This document shows positions 1 to 11,199 of a stretch of DNA of 64,000 nt, piece after piece. Position 1 is the stretch's first letter, and every line of letters begins with the position of its first letter. Location: NCBI GenBank assembly GCA_963798485.1, contig CAWCTR010000021.1:207096-271095 (forward strand). Reading direction: 5' to 3'. The notes beneath the pieces were generated by a model that was not told where the DNA came from, searched no databases, and saw only the letters and a list, made by a program, of their open reading frames with translations. The DNA comes from an uncultured delta proteobacterium (lineage in GTDB: Bacteria > Desulfobacterota > Desulfomonilia > UBA1062). A program made the position numbers and the translations under genes.

Positions 1-1804
<1,804 letters not shown>

Positions 1805-1991
1805 TCATATGTACTACAAATCCTTGATGGGAACCGGACACTGCTATTGTTACTTAATTAAAGGGCATTTTAACTATAGTCAAGGGGTAGATGCTTGTTT
1901 CTCTTAAGAAAAATAGTGCACCACATAAATTTTCTTTGAAAATCATTTCAAAATTATCGGCGTAATATCTTCACATTGCCTTTTGAGGGAT

Positions 1992-2789
1992 TTAACGAAG
2001 ATACGTGCAGGCTCCATAGAAGCGCTCGCGGTAGTAGGAGCCCGAAAGCGAATCGGCACAAATGGTCTTTCCTGTGCCCGGGGCATGGATGAACATATCA
2101 CCCCCGATATAAATTCCCACATGGCTGACACGGCCGGTGCTCGAGGTGGTGAAAAAGACAAGATCTCCCTTTTCGAGCTGGTCCTTTGTGACGGGTATGC
2201 CGCTTTTGTACTGGTCTTCAGATGTTCTCGGGACATTCATACCATTAAGCTGATAGACAGCCATAACCAGCCCGCTGCAATCAAGCGGGGCATCGAGCGA
2301 GCAGCTTCCCCATTGGTAGGGCAGGCCGATAAAGCTCTGGGCAGTGTCTACGATTTCATCCCTGACAGATCCTTCACCTGAAGGTCTTCCCCTGGCTATG
2401 GCATACTCACCGGGTTTCACAACATAGAACACGTCGATCATGCCAAGCTGCTGTAACCTGCGCGCCTCGGACATGGCCATACTCTGGGTGGTGTAGTTCC
2501 CGAATCGCACCTTGTAGAGCCCGGAGCTATGGGCAAAATAAAAGGCATCAAGCCCCTGCTTCTCCAATTTCTTTGTGAGCCTTACAGCGTTGTCCACCTG
2601 GGAGAAGGCCCCCACCTGGACGGAAAAGCCCATCTTCATAGGGGCGGCATTGACCTGTGACTTTGCCTTGAGCCTGGTTTGATACGGAGGAATTATTGAT
2701 CTGTTCGATGCACAGCCAGGCAGAAAAAGAGAAAAGATAAGTACAACCGGAATGATCCGTATACCGGTTTGCAAACTAATCCTTCCCAT
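1992..2789 (-). CDS. SPOR-domain NlpC/P60 peptidoglycan endopeptidase, lipoprotein
   Basis: Lipobox LPGC; SPOR motif VQVGAFS...YKVRFG; NlpC/P60 motifs PYQWG, DCSG, HVGIY, FIHA. Confidence 0.85.
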   Translation of the reverse strand: MGRISLQTGIRIIPVVLIFSLFLPGCASNRSIIPPYQTRLKAKSQVNAAPMKMGFSVQVGAFSQVDNAVRLTKKLEKQGLDAFYFAHSSGLYKVRFGNYTTQSMAMSEARRLQQLGMIDVFYVVKPGEYAIARGRPSGEGSVRDEIVDTAQSFIGLPYQWGSCSLDAPLDCSGLVMAVYQLNGMNVPRTSEDQYKSGIPVTKDQLEKGDLVFFTTSSTGRVSHVGIYIGGDMFIHAPGTGKTICADSLSGSYYRERFYGACTYLR

Positions 2790-2915
2790 CCTCCTCCCTC
2801 ATAAACTCCGGCTTTGCTGCCTGAATACTGGAATGCAGATGAGTTATCGATCTTTTAATAACAAGTTAACGGTCATTTGTCTACAAAGGCTTTTATTATG
2901 CAATTATCGTTGTTA

Positions 2916-4121
2916 TCAAGCACTCCCCTCCATCACCTCTATAAATCCTTCCAGTCTCGTTTTTACCTGCTCAGGCTGGTATCCTCGCGGATCGGATATG
3001 TCCATATCCAGCATGAGGAAGGGCTTATCAAGTTGTGCAAAGGCATCTTTGAGCAACATATGCGCGTTGTTTGAATGGCGGCAGGCAGGGGTTGCAAAAA
3101 GGAGAGCCCCGTCGATCCCGTACATATCGACAATTTTCTCAATCCCCTCAGTCCTCCTTATAGCAGGACCGATAAAGGGATTTTTCAGGCACTTCATTGC
3201 CAAACCCTCAAAGGGATTATCCTCGTCAATCTCTTCCCAGTGTACGTGGAAGGTTTCACACAGGGGGATGCCCACCTTTCGTTCTCTCAAGATATCAAAG
3301 ACATTGGTAGGATGGATGGGTGTCCAGGCAAACCAATAGATGCGGTGAGACTCCTGAGGGGTGATACCCTTTGCCATCTTCTCCTTGATATCTTTTATCA
3401 ACTGTTCTTCCAACCTTTCCTTAACAGGACTCCCGCTGAAGAGCCGGCCGTTGATGGAGTAGGCTATCATGTCCTGCGGTTTCATGGGAGCGGGCCTGGT
3501 CTTGAGCAATTCAAGGATTTCCAGCTGGAGTCTGCGTGATCGGTTCGAGCTTCTCACCGCCTGCTTCAACCTGTCCATATCCAGCTTCTGTCCGCTCACC
3601 TGACTGATCTTTTGTGCAGACTCATAAAGCTGCCTGGCGACATAGCCAATAGATTCTTTGGTAATCGCATGGGGCACATCGAGATAAAATGTCTCGGTCC
3701 CTGTGATGAGCGAGACCACGTCATTGGCCTTGCCCTTGCCCTCACAATAGTAAGAGGTAGTAATGAGGAGATCGGGCTTGGGAAAATATCCCTTGTAGAA
3801 CCCGCCAAGACCTGCACGATGGAACGAGCAGATGTCCGGTGAATGTCCTCGTTCCTCTGCCTCGATCATCAAGGGCACCCCCTGATTCATGGTAGACATG
3901 AGTGCGCCGGCGATCTCAAAATCAAATGGTATGACATCGAAGGCGGCCAAGATCTCCATGGGGAAGGCATACTGCGACGTATACACGACCTTCTTCCCCG
4001 GCCCGTATGCCTTTAAAAACAGGTCGAACCATTCCTTGTACCAAAGTGTTAGGAATCTCTTTCTTTCCTTCAATGTAGCGTCCATCATCTGTGACATGTT
4101 CTCAAGCATGTGTCTGAACAT
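2916..4121 (-). CDS. 2-hydroxyacyl-CoA dehydratase subunit (HgdA/FldB-like)
   Basis: PMEIL, DICSF, C-terminal ACRH...DMDISD...TRLEGFIE pattern. Confidence 0.8.
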   Translation of the reverse strand: MFRHMLENMSQMMDATLKERKRFLTLWYKEWFDLFLKAYGPGKKVVYTSQYAFPMEILAAFDVIPFDFEIAGALMSTMNQGVPLMIEAEERGHSPDICSFHRAGLGGFYKGYFPKPDLLITTSYYCEGKGKANDVVSLITGTETFYLDVPHAITKESIGYVARQLYESAQKISQVSGQKLDMDRLKQAVRSSNRSRRLQLEILELLKTRPAPMKPQDMIAYSINGRLFSGSPVKERLEEQLIKDIKEKMAKGITPQESHRIYWFAWTPIHPTNVFDILRERKVGIPLCETFHVHWEEIDEDNPFEGLAMKCLKNPFIGPAIRRTEGIEKIVDMYGIDGALLFATPACRHSNNAHMLLKDAFAQLDKPFLMLDMDISDPRGYQPEQVKTRLEGFIEVMEGSA

Positions 4122-4133
4122 AGGCTGCCTCCC

Positions 4134-5219
4134 CTACCCCAACATCTCGATAAACGCCTCAACATTTATCCGTAGTTTCTCGATATCCGACCAATCGTAA
4201 TCATTCTCGATCACGAGGCATCTTGCCCCTGCAGCAACAACTGCTTCCTTAAAGACCGGGATGTTATATGACAGGTTGTCGCAAAACTTTATCTTGCTTA
4301 CGATTACGCCATCGGCCCTGGTGTCTGTTATTTGGTTTGTAAGGTCCTTGATCTGATCTGCTATGCCTATCATCCGCGGACAGGAAGGCCTCAGCAAGTA
4401 TCGCGCTGCAATAGCAGCCAGAGGATCCGGTGTGCCTTCGGCCACCTTCAAGTCATAGTTCTTCCTACCAAAGCAGGTATCGATTCCTACAACCGTTGCG
4501 CCTGCATTCTCGATCATGGAAATAAGGTCCGGCTTATTCACCATGTTTCCGGTTATAAGGATGCGAGGGCCATTCTTTGTTAAAGTATTCATGGACTCTC
4601 GCTTGAGAATATTGGTGGCCTTTTGGCTGAATCCTCGCAGGTCAGAATCAGGTCTATCATGTAACAAGGCAAAGCATTCAGAGCCCGTAAGGCATCCTGG
4701 TTTGCTTCTCATGAGCATAAAAAGATCATTGCATTGACGTCTATGATGGTTCATTTGTTTTATAGCCGTCTCAAGCCGCCCTTTAGTCACCCTTTGAGCA
4801 TCCGGGATCATGGAAAGATCCACAGAGATCCGGCCCAGCTCTGCGGTAAAGAGCCCTATGGAATCGGGGTCTTTTTTCTTGGGAATGTCCATGAACAAGG
4901 CAGCCGGGCTTTTTACATAGGCACCCCAGAGGTCGTAGAGCCTTCGCATGGCATCACACGAGTTTGCCAGGATTACGGCATCCACATGGGCAAAGGCGCC
5001 TGCCATGGCATCGGAAAAGAGGCTTTTTACATAGAAACATGTGTTGGGGTGGATGTATCCTTCCGCCGTGGAGCATCTGCCTTGAGGGATGAGCCTCTCC
5101 GGCGTTAAACCGGCAGCCATGATCACCTCTACAGGCACATAGCAACAGGCATAAGCCACTGTCCTTGCCTTCTTTAAGCTCATGCCGCCTCCTTCATGCC
5201 TTTTGATAGCACTCATCAT
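4134..5219 (-). CDS. 2-hydroxyacyl-CoA dehydratase subunit (HgdB/FldC-like)
   Basis: CCYVPVEVIMAAG, CFYVK, NSCDAMRR, KFCD, RINVEAFIEML. Confidence 0.82.
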   Translation of the reverse strand: MMSAIKRHEGGGMSLKKARTVAYACCYVPVEVIMAAGLTPERLIPQGRCSTAEGYIHPNTCFYVKSLFSDAMAGAFAHVDAVILANSCDAMRRLYDLWGAYVKSPAALFMDIPKKKDPDSIGLFTAELGRISVDLSMIPDAQRVTKGRLETAIKQMNHHRRQCNDLFMLMRSKPGCLTGSECFALLHDRPDSDLRGFSQKATNILKRESMNTLTKNGPRILITGNMVNKPDLISMIENAGATVVGIDTCFGRKNYDLKVAEGTPDPLAAIAARYLLRPSCPRMIGIADQIKDLTNQITDTRADGVIVSKIKFCDNLSYNIPVFKEAVVAAGARCLVIENDYDWSDIEKLRINVEAFIEMLG

Positions 5220-5477
5220 GGGTGAACTTTTCTCTTTTGTCGCCTCAAGATAGGATCTTGAGGCCTTTGATAGTGTTTCTTGACCCGGATTTCCCGCTTT
5301 TTCTCGGAAGATATTCTGTACCTCTTGTCTTACTGAAACCGGTTGCTATTATAATGTGCCATAGCTAGCACGGCATATATTTCTTTCATGAATCGAACAT
5401 CGGCATGAAAACATCTCAAAATTACTAAGATACATAGAGTGAAAGGAACGGTTGGAGGCAGGTTGGAGGCCGGTTAG

Positions 5478-5508
5478 ATGAGTGGATATTTTTAAAATAT
5501 CCACTCAT
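5478..5508. promoter_or_regulatory. Perfect 15-bp inverted repeat ATGAGTGGATATTTT-T-AAAATATCCACTCAT (operator or hairpin)
   Basis: Read directly from the sequence; sits just upstream of the RBS of the USP remnant. Confidence 0.55.
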
Positions 5509-5523
5509 AAAAGGAGGGTAGTC

Positions 5524-5684
5524 ATGTTTACCCCGAAGACAATACTTGTCCAGACAGATTTTTCCCAATCCTCATCATCATCGGGTCTCATGGGAAGAAA
5601 GGCATAATGAAACACCTCATCGGCAGTGTCACCGACAAGGTGGTCCGCGCTGCAAAATCCCCTGTCATGGTGGTAAGGGAATAG
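5524..5684 (+). pseudogene. Universal stress protein remnant with large internal deletion
   Basis: RBS AAGGAGG. N-terminus MFTPKTILVQTDFSQS is joined out of frame to the C-terminus LIIIGSHGKKGIMKHLIGSVTDKVVRAAKSPVMVVRE*. Confidence 0.8.
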
Positions 5685-5841
5685 ATTGATAAAAGGGCAT
5701 ACAGAAGTCTCAGATCATATTACAATATGATCAGATCTTTGCATGCCCCTTTAGTAATATCTGTTTGTACTCTCCGGTGAATTGGTGTTTTGTACTTTGC
5801 AAACAGCGGTAATATCGTAATGATAGCGTGGAGATGATGGC

Positions 5842-6387
5842 ATGAAACCAATAGGTCCTTTGATGTGGGAACACAGGCTCATTGAGCGTCTGCTCCATCT
5901 GTTCGATGGGCAGATTACAAAAATCCGTCAGGAAAATTCCATTGACCCGGTATTCATCGACAATGCCGTTGACTTTATCCGGACCTATGCAGACCGGACA
6001 CATCACGGCAAAGAGGAGGACATTCTTTTCAGGGATCTTGCCAAAAAGCAGCTCTCTGCCGGGCACGCAAAGATTATGGATGAACTGGTTGAAGAGCACA
6101 AGTATGCCCGCAAAGTGGTTGGGAAATTAGTTGAGGCCAAGGAAATGTTTCTGACGGGAAACAAGGCTGCCTTGCAGGATGTCATTGCATGTCTCAAGGA
6201 ACTCTCCGAGTTTTACCCCAAACATATCGAGAAAGAGGATAAACACTTTTTCTTCCCCATACTGGACTACTTCTCGCAAGATGAACAAGATGCAATGCTC
6301 AGCGAATTCCGGGAATTCGACAGAAACATGATCCACGAAAAATATACCAAATTAGTTGATGCTTTGGGGCAAAGAAAACGCAAGTGA
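5842..6387 (+). CDS. Hemerythrin HHE cation-binding domain protein
   Basis: EHRLI, HHGKEE, EEH, HIEKED motifs. Confidence 0.85.
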   Translation: MKPIGPLMWEHRLIERLLHLFDGQITKIRQENSIDPVFIDNAVDFIRTYADRTHHGKEEDILFRDLAKKQLSAGHAKIMDELVEEHKYARKVVGKLVEAKEMFLTGNKAALQDVIACLKELSEFYPKHIEKEDKHFFFPILDYFSQDEQDAMLSEFREFDRNMIHEKYTKLVDALGQRKRK

Positions 6388-6419
6388 TATGTGATGAAAA
6401 TTGGTTGGGCTTCACGCTT

Positions 6420-6875
6420 CTACCCTTCGATAGGAGCTGCCGCAGCCTCAGAAACGCCAAAACTCTGTGCTAGCTCAGTGAGGAGCATGCCGAAAGCTTG
6501 GGAGTCGTCAATGGTGAGTATGTCGACTGCCTTGAACCATTTCAGCGTGACCATTTGTAGAGCAACATTTTCATACAGGCGTCCATCCGGGCGCTTCCAT
6601 GAAACTTGTAGCCTTACAACCACAATCGTTTTCCAGGGCCAGCCCTTTACCACCACATTGACGGGCACAAACTGAAACCCGGGAAGAATGCGCAAGAAGC
6701 GCTCGAACCATTTTGTGATGAGCGCGCGACTATGGCGATGTCCTCCAAGGGCGTGGTGGCCGACGAAGTGATAGTGACACTTCTCAGACATGAGGCCGGT
6801 GGCGGCTTGATAGTCGCCCTGACTGAGGCGCCTGAAACTCCTTCGAACAATTCGTGCCACGACAAAGTGATACAT
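6420..6875 (-). CDS. SnoaL/NTF2-like protein, possible gene cassette
   Basis: F-x-G-x-HALGG, WFER, GWPW...DGRLYEN pattern; GCCCAAC inverse-core-like site 10 nt after the stop (6404-6410). Confidence 0.65.
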   Translation of the reverse strand: MYHFVVARIVRRSFRRLSQGDYQAATGLMSEKCHYHFVGHHALGGHRHSRALITKWFERFLRILPGFQFVPVNVVVKGWPWKTIVVVRLQVSWKRPDGRLYENVALQMVTLKWFKAVDILTIDDSQAFGMLLTELAQSFGVSEAAAAPIEG

Positions 6876-6887
6876 ACACCTACTCCT

Positions 6888-7034
6888 TCAAACGAGGAAT
6901 CTCGTTGTGCCTGCTTCCTTCCCCAATAAAATGGCTTTTGATGTTGCTTCCTTCATTTCAGGGGCGGTCAATGGCCCACTGTGGGTCGTTTCGATAATGC
7001 CAAGCACGGGGTTAAACTTTGAGGTCCAGGACAT
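6888..7034 (-). pseudogene. Truncated small protein (48 aa, MSWTSKFNPVLGIIETTHSGPLTAPEMKEATSKAILLGKEAGTTRFLV*)
   Basis: Good RBS GAGGAGG; the ORF ends abruptly at GTT|TGA, immediately before the SnoaL RBS. Confidence 0.45.
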
Positions 7035-7070
7035 ATCTTCCTCCTCTTGTGTCTATGAAACTATGCATAA

Positions 7071-7112
7071 GTGTTACCCATGTACCCAGAATATTGTGTT
7101 ACCTATGTCCCC
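7071..7112. repeat. Two 17-bp direct repeats GTGTTACCYATGTMCCC, resembling IS481-family terminal repeats
   Basis: 7071-7087 GTGTTACCCATGTACCC and 7096-7112 GTGTTACCTATGTCCCC (15/17 identical). Confidence 0.5.
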
Positions 7113-7137
7113 GTTCGCTCAATCAGTTGTTTTTTGC

Positions 7138-7617
7138 TTACTTTCCATCATACGCCTTTTGTAGAGCAGCAATGTCAAACTTCTTCATCTTAAGGAATGC
7201 TTGAGTTACCCGTGCCAATTTCTTAGGATCATTCGATTGCATCATTTCGTTCATAATGGTAGGAACGATCTGCCATGACAGGCCATACTTATCTTTAAGC
7301 CAACCGCATTCAATTTCTTGGCCACCGCCGCTGGTTAGGTTATCCCAGTAGTAATCAATTTCTTCCTGTGTATCACACTTGACAATAAATGATATTGACT
7401 CATTGAACTTGAAAAGCGGACCTGCACTAATAGCCATGAACTCTTGCCCAAAAAGTTCGAAAGTTACGATATCCACTGCCCCCGAAGGGGTATCCTGAAG
7501 TGTTATAATGCTTTTGATCCGTGAATCCTTGAATACAGACATGTAAAACTTGGCCGCTTCCTTGGCTTCCTTATCAAACCACAGGTGCGGGATGATTTTG
7601 TTTTTGATGGTTGCCAT
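7138..7617 (-). CDS. VOC/PhnB (3-demethylubiquinone-9 3-methyltransferase-like) protein, gene cassette
   Basis: KIIPHLWFD...FKFNESISF...CGWLKDKYGLSWQIVP. The ATG at 7617 has a GGAGG RBS and lies just downstream of the attC core site. Confidence 0.88.
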   Translation of the reverse strand: MATIKNKIIPHLWFDKEAKEAAKFYMSVFKDSRIKSIITLQDTPSGAVDIVTFELFGQEFMAISAGPLFKFNESISFIVKCDTQEEIDYYWDNLTSGGGQEIECGWLKDKYGLSWQIVPTIMNEMMQSNDPKKLARVTQAFLKMKKFDIAALQKAYDGK

Positions 7618-7636
7618 AGAGTTTCCTCCTATAAAG

Positions 7637-7735
7637 GCTAAACGCTGCGGCTCACCGGCTGCCAGGGCCAAGTTGGGCTGACAAGTCTACACGCAAGTGC
7701 GGCACTGGCAGTCCGCGTGCAGCCGATGGTTGGGC
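7637..7735 (-). other. Integron attC site
   Basis: Minus strand: GCCCAAC (R''), GGCT(G)CAC (L'' with extrahelical G), CTGCCAG/CTGGCAG inner stem, GTGAGCC (L'), GTTTAGC (R'). Begins 7 nt after the HNH stop. Confidence 0.85.
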
Positions 7736-7742
7736 ATTTTCA

Positions 7743-8528
7743 CTAAAAAAATTGAAGTTCCCCAAACTTTTTCTCAATAGTAATTGAACGATAACCATGA
7801 TGATAGAAATCCACACGTACTGATTTGTTAAAGAGATCACCTCTGTTAAAATAAATATCGTGGTCCATAAAATATTCGATCGCCATTACAATAATGGTGT
7901 CACCTGGAAAGAATTTTATTGTGGGACAATGTCTCTCTGATATCAATCGGAAAAATGCAAAATCACGTGTGCTTCGACTAGGCACAAAATACATGTTATC
8001 TTGCGGGTTTTTTATGACTATCGCGGGCATCTGGAGATCAATATGGAAATTACCTAAAGGAACTGTTCCGCGATTAGTTAAGGATATTTCTAGATGATAA
8101 GTATGTATTTCCGAACGTTGTTTAACTATCCTATACGCTAAATCAATCTCTGTTGTAGTTTCTATTGGCTCATTTGATGTATTACCTTCAATTTCCATTA
8201 GGGCCGCACTTTCAGCTCTTTGTTTCCATTCTTGTAATAATTCAACTGTGTACCGCATTGGATCATTATCAATAAGCTTTGCGCAATTCTGACAAAGCCA
8301 AATGCCATTCTCAATTGATTGGCGTTGTTCAGATGTAATGGTTGCATCATAACGAGGACCGCCAGGTGATGCTGCAGTAATGTGAGCTGCAACACCGATA
8401 TTAACTATAAGTGAAGAGTCTGATCGCGGCCCCGTAGTAAGTTTTTTACAGGTGGGATTTGAGCACCTGACGCCTACACGTTTAGCTAAAACATCTATTG
8501 TCGGTTTTGAAAAGTCGTCACGTTCCAT
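7743..8528 (-). CDS. HNH-family endonuclease-like protein with unknown C-terminal domain, gene cassette
   Basis: DFSKPTIDVLAKRVGVRCSNPTC...AAHITAASPGGPRYD...NGIWLCQNCAKLID; AT-rich; flanked by GTTGGGC core site and attC. Confidence 0.75.
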   Translation of the reverse strand: MERDDFSKPTIDVLAKRVGVRCSNPTCKKLTTGPRSDSSLIVNIGVAAHITAASPGGPRYDATITSEQRQSIENGIWLCQNCAKLIDNDPMRYTVELLQEWKQRAESAALMEIEGNTSNEPIETTTEIDLAYRIVKQRSEIHTYHLEISLTNRGTVPLGNFHIDLQMPAIVIKNPQDNMYFVPSRSTRDFAFFRLISERHCPTIKFFPGDTIIVMAIEYFMDHDIYFNRGDLFNKSVRVDFYHHGYRSITIEKKFGELQFF

Positions 8529-8537
8529 ATTATTAAT

Positions 8538-8669
8538 GCCCAACGTATAGCGTTTTATCCATTGTCCCGCCGAAATTATAGCAGGAGGAGATCAGGGGAG
8601 CAATGGTCATAATTTTAGGATGATATATGATTACTAAGCTGCGGGATGATGGATAAAAGGCCGTTGGAC
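8538..8669 (-). other. attC-like hairpin at the end of the Int/IS91 element
   Basis: Minus strand GTCCAAC..TTTTATCCATCATCCCGC ... GCGGGACAATGGATAAAA..GTTGGGC; 16/18 stem complementarity. Confidence 0.6.
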
Positions 8670-8947
8670 TGTGCCGCTCCGGGCATACTTATTATCTATG
8701 GGCATTGTATCCGGATACTTCGCTAAAGAATAGTGGTTGATGATCTTGTTTGTGAAGGAGACGGCGTCTCTCGATATGGTAATCGGTCGAAGATGTTGAT
8801 CTTGAGACTGGATGTGAACCGTGAAAGTGAAGCATTTTGGTGGTATCTCAGACCTCAAGGCGTACCACTCCTGCACCCCAGTTGAACAAAGAACCTTGGG
8901 GCTGTCAGGAGCATGCAGTGTATGCGTATGTGTTTTTTGTTTGCTCA

Positions 8948-10198
8948 TCACGGAGAATTCAAGATCAATGGTTGATTGGGGCCAGCCTTAGTAACGCCCA
9001 TTGCCTGGAAAGGAATTTCGGAGATCCGCTTCATGGTGCCTTTCCGGCAGGAAGGGCACTGGGTGATATCCATGCCGGTAAGCTGGAGCATCAATTCCTG
9101 AGTTGATTTATCAGCCGGACTCGAAGACTGAGAAGTGCAGTTGAGAAGCACTCTGATCCTGTTCAAGTCCTGTTTTTTCGACCTGTTGGCCAGAAAGCCG
9201 TAATGACGGATGCGCATGAAGCCATCGGGAAGGACATGGAGCAGGAACCGTCGAATGAATTCCACGGCATCAAGCGTCATGATCTTGCGGGTGTTCCGGT
9301 CCTTTCGGTCCTGGTAGTGGAACATGACCTTGTCGTCATGCATCGCAATGATGCGATGGTTGGAGATGGCCACCCGGTGGGTGTACCGGCCGAGGTAATC
9401 GAGCACCTGTTCAGGTCCGGCAAAGGGTTTCTTGGAGTAGACCACCCATTCTTGCTCTTTAAGTTTCCGGATCAGCTTCTTGAACCCGGATGGAACGCCG
9501 AGGTGAACGGAACTGCCGGGGAAGCTCAGTTCGCTGGAACGATAGGATCTCTCCAGATAATCGATGAACTTGCCTCTGAAGACGCGGGAGAGTGCCCTGA
9601 CCGGAAAGAGGAAATGCCGGCGAGAAGCTATCCAGCGTTCTCTGTCGAAGGAGAGTGCACCGGCCGGGATTACGCAATGCAGATGGTAATGATCCAGGAG
9701 CACTTGGCTCCAGGTATGGAGGATCAGGATGAAGCCCATCTTGCCGCCCAGAGAGTTCCGTGGATTATGGCCGAACTCAGCTAGGGTCTCGGATACCGAC
9801 TTGAAGAGAATGGAGTAGATCTCCTTCTTGTTGCACTGGGCGATGGGGTTGATATCATGAGGCAGGGTGAACACCGTGTGGAAGTACCCTACCGGAATGA
9901 GCTCCTCAATCCGTGCTTCGAGCCACCTCGCCTTGGCCATAGTCTGGCACTTGGGGCAGTGCCTGTTGCGGCAAGAGTTGTAGAACGGTCGTTCATAACC
10001 GCACCTGTCGCAACGCTCGATATGTCCCCCCTGGAACTCGGTACGACAGCGGATGATGGCGGATATGACTCTTCTGTGGGCAAGGGGAGTCGGATAGGCC
10101 GCCTGGTAGTCACTGCCATGGACACGGAAGATATCTGCCACCTCGCAACTCTGTACAGGATGCTTCTGGGTACAGGCTTGCGTGATTGGGGCTAACAT
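8948..10198 (-). CDS. IS91-family (Y2, HUH) transposase
   Basis: Zn-binding YNSCRNRHCPKCQ, HTW, HYHLHC (HUH), YLGRY, RIRHYG; start at 10198 with GGAGG RBS. Confidence 0.93.
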   Translation of the reverse strand: MLAPITQACTQKHPVQSCEVADIFRVHGSDYQAAYPTPLAHRRVISAIIRCRTEFQGGHIERCDRCGYERPFYNSCRNRHCPKCQTMAKARWLEARIEELIPVGYFHTVFTLPHDINPIAQCNKKEIYSILFKSVSETLAEFGHNPRNSLGGKMGFILILHTWSQVLLDHYHLHCVIPAGALSFDRERWIASRRHFLFPVRALSRVFRGKFIDYLERSYRSSELSFPGSSVHLGVPSGFKKLIRKLKEQEWVVYSKKPFAGPEQVLDYLGRYTHRVAISNHRIIAMHDDKVMFHYQDRKDRNTRKIMTLDAVEFIRRFLLHVLPDGFMRIRHYGFLANRSKKQDLNRIRVLLNCTSQSSSPADKSTQELMLQLTGMDITQCPSCRKGTMKRISEIPFQAMGVTKAGPNQPLILNSP

Positions 10199-11052
10199 GA
10201 CTGGCCTCCCTCTAGATGGCATGCCTCAATGTCCAGAGGGCTCCTGACGGAAGAGAGTCCGGTGCGCGTAAGATGCAGGTAACGCGCGGTGGTATTGATG
10301 TAGCTATGTCCCATCAGTTCCTGGATAGTACGAAGGTTGACACCGGACTCCAGTAGGTGCGTGGCGAAGCAATGCCGCAGGGTATGAATACCCCGGCCTC
10401 CGGTGATTCCTGCCTTTCTCCTGGCTTTGTCATAGATTCGCTGTGCAGTGGTAATGTGCATGGTGTTCTTGCGGTCACGACCAGAAAACAGCCATACTGT
10501 GGGGCGGTACATCTTCATAAAGACCTGCATCTCATCCCAAAGTCGCTGGGAGAGGATCGTGTACCGATCCTTGTTGCCTTTTGCCTGCTCAATGCGGATG
10601 GTCATGCGCGATCCGTCGATATGCTTCGGCTTCAAGCGCACCACTTCGCTGACTCGCAAGCCTGCTGAGTAAGTCGTCATGAGCAGGAGGCGATGCTTGG
10701 GGTTGGCGGTACAGTCAAAGAGACGCTCTATGGCTTCCCTGCTCATAATCTCGGGCAACTGGGACTTGTTCTTACGGGGCGGTATGCTTAGGCGTATAGA
10801 TTCATAGCCAAGAGTCTCCGAGTAGAAAAACCGGAAGGCGGACACCGCTAAGTTGCATGAGCTCCAGGCAAGCTTCCTTTCTTTCATCAGGTAAAGCAGA
10901 TAATCCTGTACTTCCGTATTCGTGATCTTGTCGGGTGACCTCCCAAAATACTTCGCAAGCGCGGCAACAGCCATAACATAAGACTTCTGAGTCCGCTGTG
11001 AAAACCTCCTGAGCTGCATCTCACGAATCATCTTCTCCCGTAGTTCCGTCAT
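10192..11052 (-). CDS. Tyrosine recombinase with N-terminal SAM-like domain
   Basis: YSAGLRVSE, KGNKDR, HTLRHCFATHLLE, LMGH...TTARY catalytic set. Confidence 0.93.
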   Translation of the reverse strand: MTELREKMIREMQLRRFSQRTQKSYVMAVAALAKYFGRSPDKITNTEVQDYLLYLMKERKLAWSSCNLAVSAFRFFYSETLGYESIRLSIPPRKNKSQLPEIMSREAIERLFDCTANPKHRLLLMTTYSAGLRVSEVVRLKPKHIDGSRMTIRIEQAKGNKDRYTILSQRLWDEMQVFMKMYRPTVWLFSGRDRKNTMHITTAQRIYDKARRKAGITGGRGIHTLRHCFATHLLESGVNLRTIQELMGHSYINTTARYLHLTRTGLSSVRSPLDIEACHLEGGQSC

Positions 11053-11199
11053 GCCATACCTCCTTGTTTTTGTGGTTTAGTGAACAGGGAGATATGATAC
11101 CGTAACTATAGATTATCGAAGGGTATTAATCGGGTGAGCTGTTGCTTAAGGACAATTTGATCAGCAAATTCAAGAGACTCCGCGACAGCGGCTTAGTTC

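Noticed and set aside
8634-8951. 105-aa ORF after the IS91 transposase
   Set aside because: It runs across the element's terminal repeat and hairpin and has no recognisable features; probably non-coding.
10192-11052. Integron integrase IntI
   Set aside because: It appears to lack the IntI-specific insertion before the HxLRH box, is co-oriented with the cassettes, and is coupled to the IS91 transposase.
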